NCBI GenBank assembly: GCA_951406725.2
Contig: OX597817.1
Coordinates: 12,338,001 to 12,402,000 of the forward strand
Direction: 5' to 3'
Source of the DNA: Octopus vulgaris
Taxonomy: Eukaryota
Length of the DNA stretch: 64,000 nt
Shown here: positions 39,913 to 51,912 of the stretch, one piece after another
Layout: the number at the start of each line of letters is the position of its first letter
How positions within the stretch are numbered: position 1 is the first letter of the stretch
Notes under the pieces: model-generated
What the model was told of the DNA's origin: nothing
The model's input: only the letters and a program-made list of their open reading frames with translations
The model's database searches: none
Program-made: the position numbers and the translations under genes

Positions 39913-40055
39913 TTAGAAAAGTATGAATGTCACTAAAGCACATTTTTTTCTCTCTATCAGTTTACGGTTTTCTTGTTTAAAAAGAAATCATTGCAAAAGT
40001 ATATTAATATGTTATTTTCGCATATAATCCTTTTGATTTAATCTTTTTATTCCAG

Positions 40056-40158
40056 GTATTCAGCATCTTTAACTCGAATTCGCAAAGATTTAACGGAGCT
40101 GATGAAGGTTCCAGTGTCTTTGATGTATCCAAAAAGCGAAGGGTTGGTAACGCTGCTG
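40056..40158 (+). CDS. WDR64: WDR64 exon (VFSIFNSNSQRFNGADEGSSVFDVSKKRRVGNAA)
   Basis: tttattccag/gtaagt; phase 0-1; VF.VS.KRR motif. Confidence 0.85.
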
Positions 40159-40532
40159 GTAAGTAGTACTCCGTAATGCCCAAGTTAGAGTAGCGGTATG
40201 ATATCTTACAAAACATCTGATGATAATACATCAGTGAAAGTCATGAACATCAAAAACTTTCTTTACGTTCGAGTGAAAAATGATTGTGAATTACGATTTA
40301 GAGTTATGAAGGAACCAAAGAGGATGGTGATCACAAAAAGCAGAACTGCTATGGAAACAATTCAGTTGGTTGGGGATGATTACATTGCAGCAAAGGGTTT
40401 TGTGATCATTCTGGCTTGGGGAAAATTACATAAATACCTTACACGCTCACATATACAAACAGGTATGTATGTATGTATGTATGTATGTATGTATGTATGT
40501 ATGTATGTATGTATGTATGTATGTATATATAT

Positions 40533-40736
40533 CTTTTACTCTTTTACCTGTTTCAGTCATTTGACTGCGGCCATACTGAAGCACCGCCTTTAATCGAGCA
40601 ACTCGACCCCGGGACTTATTATTTTGTAAGCCCAGTACTTATTCTATCGGTCTCTTTTGCCGAACCGCTAAGTAACGGGGACATAAACACACCAGCATCG
40701 GTTGTCAAGCAATGCTAGGGGGACAAACACACACAC

Positions 40737-40776
<40 letters not shown>

Positions 40777-40928
40777 GACGGGCTTCTTTCAGTTTCCGTC
40801 TACCAAATCCACTCACAAGGCATTGGTCGGCCCGAGGCTATAGTAGAAGATACTTGCCCAAGGTGCCACGCAGTGGGACTGAACCCGGAACCATGTAGTT
40901 GGTAAACAAGCTACTTACCACACAGCCA
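40533..40928 (-). mobile_element. SINE family A
   Basis: family match. Confidence 0.85.
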
Positions 40929-40949
40929 TAGTGCTAATATATATATATA

Positions 40950-41401
40950 TTAGCACTATGACCCGGCGTTTCCGGGTCTAGTACTGGTGCTTCTTGTTCG
41001 TTGCCGGGTCGCAGTAGAAATTTCTCACTAAATCAAGAGCTAAGTTTCTTATCGCTTTTCAGCCCGGGCGAGTTTTGTTGTTTATGAGCTAGTTGGAGTT
41101 TTTTTATGAGAGTAATTGATATTCATTGGACTTTGGTTTTCACCTGGAACGGCATAATTATGGAAAATTAGCGGGACTGTGCACATGCCATTAGTCGGAC
41201 AAAAAGGAGGGTAGAAGAAAGAGAAAAACTCGAATTTGGCCGCAAAATAACTTATGGGCGTAAGGGGTCGGTTTATCGATTTTTTTTAGAAAATGCGAGC
41301 CTTTTACGTGAAAAACTGTGGATTTGTATAAAGGACACACAGACACACAGACACACAGACACGCAGATACACAGAGATTTTTCCGTTTGTAGATATAGAG
41401 A
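40950..41401 (-). mobile_element. non-autonomous Helitron
   Basis: 5' TC(TCTATATC), (CTGTGTGT)n near the 5' end, hairpin GACCCGG..CCGGGTC and a CTAA 3' end. Confidence 0.65.
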
Positions 41402-41422
41402 TATTATTAAAAAATTTCAAAC

Positions 41423-41644
41423 CGTGTGTGTGTGTGTGTGTGCATACATACATACACTCATACACACTCATACATACGTAAATACATACACACATACATA
41501 CATACATACATAATACATACATACATACATACATTCATACATACGTACATACGTACATACACACATACATACATACATACATACATACACACACATACAT
41601 ACACACACACACACATACATACGTACATTCATACATACATACAT

Positions 41645-41675
<31 letters not shown>

Positions 41676-41751
41676 TACATACACACACACATACATACGT
41701 ACATTCATACATACATACATACGTACATACATACATACATACATACATACA

Positions 41752-41781
<30 letters not shown>
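41423..41781. repeat. compound (CATA)n/(CA)n microsatellite
   Basis: directly visible. Confidence 0.95.
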
Positions 41782-41782
<1 letters not shown>

Positions 41783-42706
41783 TAGGATATGTGAACCTAC
41801 GTGTAGATCTACAAAAATGCCAAATTTACCGCTATCTCCATAGATTGAAAAACGATGAAAAGCTTTAATCGATTTTCGATCCTTATTAGGGGTCTCAGAC
41901 GCACCTACGGCATTGATCGCATATTATTTATATTATCAATTATTACATATTACTGCATTATTTAATTTTTTACTTGTTTTAGTCATTAGACTGCGGTCAT
42001 GCTGGGGCACCATCTTAAAGGGCTTTAGTCGAATGAATCCACCCCAGTACTTATTTTTTTAAAACCTGGAACGTAGTCTATTGAACTTTTTTGCCGAACC
42101 ACTAGGTAACCGGGACGTAAGCAAACCATTACCGGTTGTAAAGCAGTTGGGGGAAGGGCAAGCACATGCATGCATATATATATATATATATATATAAAGT
42201 TAATCCAAACAAGAAAACACAAAAAAACACAGCAACGCGAGGACGTGGAACAAGTAGAGTGTTATTGGATGCTCAGGAAAGAAGGGAAGGAGGGTTTAAC
42301 GTTTCGAGCGGAGCTCTTCGTCGGAAACAAAGGAGAAAGAAAGATCCCGAGAAGGGAAGACAGAGGAAAAAAAATTGCTGGCGGTGCTCACGAGGTCACA
42401 TGTTGATATATATACATACATTGATACACACACGCCTGTTTTAAATTCAATCATATACATGAGTATTTGCAATGCAAATGAAGGAAAGGCAGATTATCTG
42501 ATACACTCAGTCAAAGTCTAATGTAAATATATAAGAATCTTTATAAATAAGGATTTAAACTTAAGTGTTACGTGGATAAGACTAATCTGACACCTAATTC
42601 CTTTTCTATCCACTGTGTTGCCCAATAAAATAATGGAGGGCATAAGATATTATTTGCAACTTGACCAAATGCTCAAATTTCCAACTTTTTTTTCTTTTTT
42701 TGCCAG

Positions 42707-42813
42707 GAAACTGTCGTAAAAGAGATACTCTGCAAAGTATCCATTACTCAGAAGGTTTAGATTGTTATATAACAGCCTCGTTGAAGGGTGTGGTCACTGT
42801 ATGGAACAGCCAG
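42707..42813 (+). CDS. WDR64: WDR64 exon (GNCRKRDTLQSIHYSEGLDCYITASLKGVVTVWNSQ), WD40 repeat
   Basis: long polypyrimidine tract + ccag, donor gtacga; phase 1-0. Confidence 0.9.
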
Positions 42814-43239
42814 GTACGAAATAATATTAATTTCTGAAATATTGATTTCAAATTTTGGCACAAGGCCACAACAGTTCAGGTGAAGGAGTACATCGACTTC
42901 AGTACTCAATTGGTACTTATTTTATCGACCCCCCAATGGGATCAAAAGCCAAAGTAGACCGCGGTGAAAACTGAACTCAGAACGTGAACACGGACGAAAT
43001 GTCGCTAAGTATTTTGCCCGGCGTGATAACGATTCTGCCTGCTTCACCGCCTTATTAAGTTCTGACATATTTGAGTTCAAATTCCGCTGAGGTCGACTTT
43101 GCCTTTCATTCTTTCTAAGGTCAATAAAATAAGTACCGGTTGAGCCCTGGGGGTAGATGTGATCGACTTACTCCCCTCCTCCGAAATCACAAGCCTTGTA
43201 TCTATAGTAGAAAGGAATTTCTGAAATAGTGTCTTCAAA

Positions 43240-43632
43240 TTTTAGCAAAAGGCCAGCAATTTCGGAGGGGTGGGGGAAGGACAAGTCGATTACGTCGACC
43301 TCAAAGTTCAACTGGTACTTATTTTATCGACTTCGAAAGCCTGAAAGGCAAAGTCGACCTCGGCGAAAATTGAACTCAGAATGTAAAGACAGACGAAATA
43401 CCTATTTCTTTATTACCCACAAGGGCTAAACATAGAGGGGACAAACAAAGACAGACATAGGTATTAAGTCAATTACATCGACCCCAGTGCATAACTGGTA
43501 CTTAATTTATCGACCCCGAAAGGATGAAAGGCAAAGTCGTCCTCGGCGAAAATTGAACTCAGAATGTAAAGACGGACGAAATGCCTCTAAGCATTTTGCT
43601 TGGCGCGCTAACGGCTCTGCCAGCTCGTCGCT
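43240..43632 (-). mobile_element. tandem SINE family B
   Basis: two head-to-tail copies. Confidence 0.8.
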
Positions 43633-44333
43633 TTATTAATTTTTGAAATGTTAAATTTTTAACGTTAGGGAAATATATAACTACGACTCATTTAATTGAC
43701 TTCTAAGTAGTAAAAGACGACGAAGTCAACCCTGGCGGGATTTCGAGTTGGCAACACCAAAGGAGGTATCTAAATTACTGTAACTGACTTAATCCGGCGC
43801 TTTACTGGCTCAGCTACTCGAAAATGTTTGATAAGCACAATGTATCTAACGAATATTAACCTAATGTTGAATGATAATAGGTATACATGAAGAAGGGAGA
43901 AATTCTAGTGATTGAAAATGTACAGTTATTCACATAACTATTGATGCGTGAATAATTTATTAGACATTAATTAACGTAGTGTTTGGATTTCCACCATGAC
44001 TCAGGCAAAAAATTTGAGCACGGCATCATAAACTAAGGAAATATTCGTTAGTCTTGCAATATTCCTGCCTCTTCTGATTGTTGTAACTGCTGTTTAGCTC
44101 CAAGTGACCTTTGCTGGCAGAAACGTTAGCACGCCGGGCGAAATGCATAGCCGTATTTCGTCTGTCGTTACGTTGTGAGTTCAAATTCCGCCGAGGTCGA
44201 CTTTGCCTTTCATCCTTTCGGGGTTGATAAATAAAGTACCAGTTACGCACTGGGGTCGATGTAATCGACTTAATCCATTTGTCTGTCCTTGTTTGTCCCC
44301 TCTATGTTTAGCCCCTTTGTGGGAAATAAAGAA

Positions 44334-44367
<34 letters not shown>

Positions 44368-44739
44368 ACGTGTGTGCGTGTGTGTGTGTGTGTGTGTATG
44401 CATGCATTTATGTATGCATGCAGGTATGTAAATATACATCTTTTAACGAACGTTAAAAAACGGTTATATAATTCGAAGTCTTATACTTCATTATGTGTCG
44501 CCACTATTCCCCATATTTTACTCGTTTCAAAACAAGAATAAATACCAAAATCGTGCGAAGGTGGTGGTGTGTGTGTGGGGGTGATGATGATGCTGATGAT
44601 GACGACGACGATGAGGATAATGACGATGATGGTGCGGAGGAGGAGAGGAGGAGGTGGCGGTGGTGGCGGTGGTGGAGGAGGTGGAGAAGGAGGAGGAGGA
44701 GGAGGTGGAGTATTTACAGTTTCCTTTTTTCCATTTCAG

Positions 44740-44769
44740 CTGCGTCTTCAACATTCTATAAATATTCAC
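44740..44769 (+). CDS. WDR64: WDR64 30-nt microexon (LRLQHSINIH)
   Basis: ttttttccatttcag/gtgagt; phase 0-0; fills the 10-aa gap between ..WNSQ and EPSW.. Confidence 0.8.
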
Positions 44770-45014
44770 GTGAGTACTATTTCCCTCCCATTTTAATGAC
44801 TGGTACGAATAGTAGATATAATGGTGGATACAGAATATAGTTGGGGCAATACACTTAGTACTTTTATTAAGTAAATATGAAGACGAAAGGAATACATAAC
44901 GAGCAATGGTATTGCAGACGAAATAACAAAATGGCTGCACTTTGATATCGGTTGAGTAACAGAAATGGCTTCAAGTAAGCAGTTTAAATTGTATGGATTT
45001 CATAGTGGTAAATA

Positions 45015-46110
45015 CCGTAAATCCTCGAGTATAATACGCAGAGGATTTTTAGGGGGCTGTACCTCCTATCTGCTATTGGCATGTGGTGTGAGAGAGAACC
45101 TGTTAGGTTACGTCTTCACAGTCTCGTGTCCCGATGCAGAAAGAGGTTGTCGTATGGCATCGTACCAGAATCTCACGCTCTTGCGCCATCTAGTGCCAAT
45201 TTGTTTAAATCTGCTGTTAAGGGAGGTAACTGCGCCTACATAACCTAAACCTTGTGTATAATACGCAGCCCTTCTCTAACTTGAGTCAAGGAGGTCTATA
45301 TAACGCCCTCGTAAAAATGTATTATTATTATTGCCTTCTTTATCTTTAGCATCTGTTTAATTTCATCTTTATTTCTTCTCCATAACCTGACATTGCTTTC
45401 GTCAACATCAAATTTTCTTCCGGCGGCCCTATTACTCATGCATATGATATAACTTCAAGTTTAAACATAGCTGAATACGTTCTACGAGGCACTTTATGGG
45501 CATGTAATGTATAAAATGTTTTACTGGAGATTAATGTACAGGTTTAAGTCGCGCTTATAAAAACCCCTAGTAAAGACCCATAGTAGTTCAAGCATTTAAT
45601 ACTGGTATTTAATTAAGTATCAATTGTTTGCCACGGTAATGATGCAAACTGCCAATAGAAATAGCAGGATGAACTATTTAGCGCTAAATTATTAAGCACA
45701 ATTCGTGCGTAATTAAGCCAGCAGCACCTAGTCGAACAAACACTTCCGCGCATGCGTAATACAATAATGGTGATGTTCTTAACTGTTATATGGGAATGTA
45801 AATATGTTTGCAAAAAATTGTTTTTGTTACATGTTATTCTGTGTTCTGAATACTTTTATTTTAATAAATGTTGTTTACTGCAAGTTGTGGATGATTCTTT
45901 TATGACTTCATTGCTTTCAGGCTTAGCTGAAGGTATTTTCGCGCCCGACATCACAAAATGCGTCTGAATAAATATTGCCGGACAGCAAATAGAGACTCGG
46001 ACATTGCTTAGAAAATATTTTTCATTTTTAACCTCGTATATAGTACGCACTAGGGATTTTGACCTTTAAATTTTGGGGAAAAAATGCGGATTATACTCGA
46101 GGATTTACGG
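45015..46110 (-). mobile_element. pogo/Tc2-type internally deleted DNA transposon
   Basis: TIRs CCGTAAATCCTCGAGTATAA / TTATACTCGAGGATTTACGG, TA at left; minus-strand remnant RRTYSAMFKLEVISYA..NRAAGRKFDVDESNVRLWRR (pogo N-terminal HTH). Confidence 0.8.
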
Positions 46111-47099
46111 AATTGTTTATGTATTGTAGTGCTGTTAAAAATGAGCTGTTGGATTCATTTTTGTCACATTATTTGCAATGGCTTCTCTACATTCCCTCTA
46201 GCCTCTAATTTAATTGCACCTTCGCCTCACAGAACCAGAAACAAGTTTTTTTTTATGAGGATCATTGTGGCCTTAGAAGAAAAACACTTGTAGTAATTCC
46301 TATGAAATATAAGCTGATCAAGTCTGAGCGAGGGTAGAACGTATTTAGGTATGCAATGAATTCATTCTCCATTAGACAGAATGTTCGGCTCCACGTCACC
46401 TAGCTATCCTCGCTACTTGATACTTTATTCCTATCAAAATAAAGTATGACCGGGAAAGTTTAGTAGTTTGTTCTGATTTAACGTCATTGGTGAGATACAA
46501 TCAAGATTTATATGTCAACCTATCACCAACATATCCAAATTTGTTTAAACGTAATCCAACAAGACACATACAGTCGATATTTTGAAAGATACTCAAAACT
46601 AAGTTGATTAATACTATGGCGTTTATGGTGTAACTAAGGCATTTCATGAAGTAAGAGAAATCATTAAAATAAATGATCGAAGCCAAGTCATAGACAGCAT
46701 ATTAATATGTTTATCATACTAAGGCTGCGTGCTGGCAGAAACGTTAGCACTCTGGACAAAGTCCTTAGCGGTATTTCGCCCGCCTTTACATTTTGAGTTC
46801 AAATTCCGCCGAGGTCGAATTTTGCCTTTCATCCTTTCGGGGTCGATAAAGTAAGTACCAGTGAAACACTGGGGTCGATGTAATCGATTTATACCCACTC
46901 CACGAACTTGCTGGCCTTGTGTCAAAATTTGAATTCAATATGTTTATCATATTTTAAGCACGTGTGTTGTTGACGAAAGCATCAAAAGCGGATCGATAAA
47001 GAAAAAAGGGACCCGGGTTTTTCATCCGATAAGACCAATTACATGAGATGCTTGAGTTCAAGAAATAACATATATGTATCCTTTTAGTATCGATAACAT

Positions 47100-47752
47100 A
47101 AAGGAAATGCTTAATTAAATCTTAGAATGAGATTGAAACAGTAATCGCTCGATAATGTAAAGTATAGAAGCCATCTTATCATGGCTAACCACATTAGGGA
47201 GGGGGTGTTACTGTAGCCTTATAGCCCCAAGAGATCTTCGTCTCAAGCTGGCTTTAGACACAATATCTGTGTCCTTGGAGTATTTGCAAAGGGAGGCCAT
47301 TCCTTCCTCGCAAGCCTGAGTGATACGCTCGAACTAGTTTCGGGATGTTTGTTCCTCGTCAACGGGCGGTAACCACCAGGTAGCGATGAAAGAGAAGGCT
47401 CCTTTGCAAATAGATATAAGTTTTTCTAATGGCGTCTGCCACTGATGTCGAAAAACGAACAGTAAGCATAATTAAATCTCAGAATAAGATTGAACTTCTA
47501 TACTTTACATTATCGAGCGATTTCTGTTTCAATCTCATTCTGAGATTTAATTATGCTTACTAGTTCGAGCGTATCACTCAGGCTTGCGAGGAAGGGATGG
47601 CCTCTCTTTGCAAATACTCCAAGGACACAGATATTGTGTCTAAAGCCAGCTTGAGACGAAGATCTCTTGGGGCTATAAAGCTACAGTAACACCCCCTCCC
47701 CAATGTGGTTAGCCATGATAAGATGGCTTCTATACTTTACAAAGGAAATGCT
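47100..47752. repeat. compound foldback element with 12-bp TSD
   Basis: arms about 47155-47338 / 47560-47741, nested inner inverted repeat, AAAGGAAATGCT at 47100-47111 and 47741-47752. Confidence 0.8.
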
Positions 47753-47908
47753 GTAATCAGTTAAATAGTTCTCCTATATCCATGTAACTTAGCTATAAGA
47801 AAGTCAATAAAACATTAACGTATTCGCTAGAAACAATGCCACAGGTAAAAGTAAAACGTAATGCTGCGATAACTTTGTCCTTTGAAAAAGTGTTATGGTA
47901 TAACATTG

Positions 47909-48213
47909 TTTGTTTGTTCCTTCTCGAGCCATGCCTGGCTCATAAGAGCCGGTTTCCCGGTTTCTTGGCGTATAGGTTCCCCACCTGGATGGGACGCCGG
48001 ACCGTCGCAGGTGTGCTGCAAGATGCAGGAAGAAAGAATGAGAGAAAGTTGTGGCGAAAGAGTCAGCAGAAGTTCGCCATTACCTTCTGCCGGAGCCGCG
48101 TGGAGCTTAGGTGTTTCGCCCATAAACACACACATCGCCGGGTCTGAGATTCGAACCCGCGATCCCTCGACCGCGAGTCCGCTGCTCTAACCACTAGGCC
48201 ATGTGCCTCCACT
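47909..48213 (-). mobile_element. SINE family D
   Basis: family match; TSD TATAACATTGT. Confidence 0.85.
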
Positions 48214-49283
48214 ATAACATTGTAGCAAACAAGAAGCGAAATTAACTAGTGAACTTGAATATTTACTTTCTTTAAATTTCTGTTAATTAAGCATAGATGG
48301 ATAGGTTGTGGAGCTATCTAATGTGACTCTACTCAGAAGGCTGTAATATCATTTGACAGGAACACGGTATAAAGAAATACATGGAACAACGCGGTAACGT
48401 TAAATACCTTTAATGTGGCCACATATATATATATATATATATACAAGCTGGATGATAAATGATAATGGTTTTATGCGTAGAAGCCATGGTCTTCTCCTGT
48501 GTGTTAACTCCTATCTGCTATTGGCGTGTGGTGTGAGAGAGAACCTGTTAGGTTACGTCTTCACAGCCTCGTGTCCCGATGCAGAAAGAGGTTGCCGTAT
48601 GGCATCGTACCAGAATCTCACGCTCTAGCGCCATCTAGTGCCAATTTGTTTAAATCTGCTGTTAAGGGAGGTAACTGCGCCTACATAAGCATAGCTTAAA
48701 TTGTTTGGTGCAACTAAAAGAATATATTCTGAGAATAATTTTAAAATACGATTAATAATATAATTATTGCTGCCATGACAATCGACCAGTCGAATAAGAC
48801 ATTAACCAAGGTAACGTGTCTTGTAAATAAGCTTAACGTGTGATGGGTTGTCAATGACAGTTTCCAAGTTCAATAATAACACTGGCTGAGATCATAGGAT
48901 AGCTTCATATGCAGGGAAACACAGGAATGGTAAACGTTGGAATGTCACGCATATGCAGTTATGACTGCATTTGATATAGCACCCGTTAATTATAAAGCGT
49001 TTCCTTTCTTTTGATCTTTAACTGTGCCCCACCCCAGCATGATGTCTGTGTAGAACTGGTGAGTTGGTGGGTAGGAAAGTAAGTATTTATGGCCATACAA
49101 TGCTGTGCCGCTTACGTTGATAAGAACAGTTCTGTTTGTTCTTTGGCCAACACTCTACCGACTGGGCAGCTGCGAATGCGAAATAGGTATAAGAGAAAAG
49201 GAAGAACTTCTTATGAATAACTTAAAGCAAATATAATATATAGTCAACTAATAAATCAAAGAAAAATAAGCAATTATAATAAA

Positions 49284-49677
49284 CTAGCAGTATCACCCGG
49301 CGTTGCTCGGGTTTGTAAGGGAAATAACTATATAAGCATTTTTAGAGAGTTATAGCCAAAAAATAGCAAAAAAATGCATTAAAAATAGAAAAAAAATTAT
49401 GGTAAATTTTTTTTTAAATCGTTGACTCATCGTAGATATTTTTAGAGAGTTACTTCCCTTATATAATAGCGAAAAAATGCATTAAAATGGAAAAAAATGA
49501 TGGTAAATTTTTTTTTAAATCGTAGACTCATCGTAGACGCGCGCTAATACCCAGAAAGGCTCGATATGAATCACGACTATAAGATACCCGGTTTTGGTTA
49601 AACTGCACCGCAAAATGTGGGAGTAGTTAGGAATCTAAATCGTAGGAGACACACAACCTTACTTTTATATATAAAGA
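49284..49677 (-). mobile_element. non-autonomous Helitron
   Basis: minus strand starts TC and ends CTAG; subterminal hairpin CCCGAGCAACGCCGGG; inserted between A and T; internal tandem duplication. Confidence 0.8.
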
Positions 49678-49728
49678 TTATCAATTTTAAAATGACATTT
49701 ACATTATAATTCATGATATAATTTTCAG

Positions 49729-49833
49729 GAACCTTCTTGGGTCACAGGTTGTATATATCTACCGAATTTGCGGCGTGTTGCAATCTGTACAGAAAGAAGT
49801 CTCTGCATCTGGGACAGCAAAGGAAAATCACAG
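49729..49833 (+). CDS. WDR64: WDR64 exon (EPSWVTGCIYLPNLRRVAICTERSLCIWDSKGKSQ)
   Basis: attttcag/gtgagt; phase 0-0; SW.TGC.YL..L.R....TER....WD. Confidence 0.9.
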
Positions 49834-50422
49834 GTGAGTTCGAGAAAATATTCCAATATTTAATAAAATAGTGGAATTATTCGTTGTTCCTCCCGATTGA
49901 TTGTACTCAAACGTGGCCACGGTCCACTGGCTAAAACGATTAGAAGAGTCTCCGTTAAACGACTGCTTCAAGTTATTGACTAATTCTTGGTTTTCCTACA
50001 ATGAAACAGTTTACTATCTCTATGAAATAAACTTTAGACTATCACGTTATTACCTATTATCTGCTTACCTGTGAAGAAATAATTAGTTAGGTGAGCGCTG
50101 TCAATGTGTGATGATTGAATAAATTTTAAAATCTTTGGAAAGAAAAAAATAAACATAATTCTTGTATATCAAGAATGATGTTTTTTCCGCTTTATTATAG
50201 GCACAACCTTCATAGTTTTCATATTCCAAATTCTTGCAATCTAAAATTTTTAATTTTAAGGGATTTTATTTATTTATTTATTTATTTTTTTATTTTTGTT
50301 TTTCCTTTTCCTTCTTTATGGTCCTGGAATCAAACGGACTGATGGATCAATTAGTAACCAACTTCGCTTTTTTTTTCCTTGTCTGTTATTATTATGTCCG
50401 GATTTTAAAAAAAATATTTATT

Positions 50423-50478
<56 letters not shown>

Positions 50479-51081
50479 GGCGGCGAGATGGCAGAATTGT
50501 TAACGCAGTGGACAAAATGCTTAGCGGTATTTCGCCCGTCGCTACATTCTGAGTTCAAATTCCACCTGGGTCGACATGTCGTTGCATCCTTTCGTGGTCG
50601 ATAAATTAAGTACCAGTTGAGTACTGAGGTCGATGTAATCGACTATCGCCCCCCCCCAAAAAAAATTCAGGCCTTGTGCCTATAATAGAAAGCATTATTA
50701 TTATAATTATTAAGGTGGCAAGCTGGCAGAATCGTTAGCACTTCGGGCGAAATGTTTAGCGGCATTTTGTCTGCCGCTACGTTCTGAGTTCAAATCCCGC
50801 CAGGGTCGACTTTGCCTTTCATCCTCTCGGAGTCGATTAAACAAGTACCAGTTACGCACTGGGGTCGATGTAATCGACTTAAGCCTTTCACCCACATTTG
50901 AGGCCATGTGCTTCCAGTAGAAAGGATTATTATTATTATTGTTGTTGTTGTTGTTGTTGTTGTTTTTGTTGTTGTTGTTCTTATTGGTGGTGGTGTTATT
51001 GCTATGCTTACATGTGAGAATCGAAATTTATCAGCAGTTTATGTGTGTCATGGTTTTATGCAATTTTCTGAAAAACTATAG

Positions 51082-51299
51082 CACACCATTTACATCCGAC
51101 CTTTCGACAATACGCCACAATGTCTTACATCAGCATTGTTACAAGATGAGAATACTACACAAGACACATTATTAATTGGAGATGATCAAGGCTACATAAG
51201 CATTTTAACAATCAATACTGATGAGGTCATGATGAACCTGTCCGAAGATAAAGCGGGACAAGCATGTAAGATGGTCATCTCTCCAGCCTCTCTGACCAA
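51082..51299 (+). CDS. WDR64: WDR64 exon ([15 protein letters not shown]...[17 protein letters not shown]...PASLT)
   Basis: acceptor aaaactatag (weak tract), donor gtacgt; [10 protein letters not shown] motif; phase 0-2. Confidence 0.85.
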
Positions 51300-51449
51300 G
51301 TACGTTCATTAATCTTTTTTCTTTTTATATTACTAATATGTGTTTTTATGTGGGCGTGAGTATATATGAGTGCATATAAATATATATATGTACTATGTAT
51401 GTGTGCATATATATACACATATACAAACATTATGCATATAGATACATGC

Positions 51450-51550
<101 letters not shown>

Positions 51551-51881
51551 AATTGAGATAGGGGTTGTAAATGCAACCCTCCATGGGATAACATATATCC
51601 AATATACTGCTAGTGAAGTACCCAATAAAGTTAATACATAAATGTTAATGATTGCGATGCAATCAATTCATTTACTGTATTATATTGGCAAAGGTAAAAT
51701 GATTTACCACAAATTATTAATACAAGATAAGAAAATGGAGAAATACATCTAAATCAAGTATCAATTACCAGATAATACTCAATCACATACTTTATTAAAC
51801 CACCACATAGGAGACTGTACCACATAAGAGACTATCTGGTAATTGATATTTGATTTAGATGTATTTCTCCATTTCTTATCT

Positions 51882-51911
<30 letters not shown>

Positions 51912-51912
<1 letters not shown>

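Noticed and set aside
50201-50215. Good-looking acceptor ttttttccgctttattatag as the next WDR64 exon
   Set aside because: In-frame stop after four codons; the exon at 51082 supplies the expected WD sequence.
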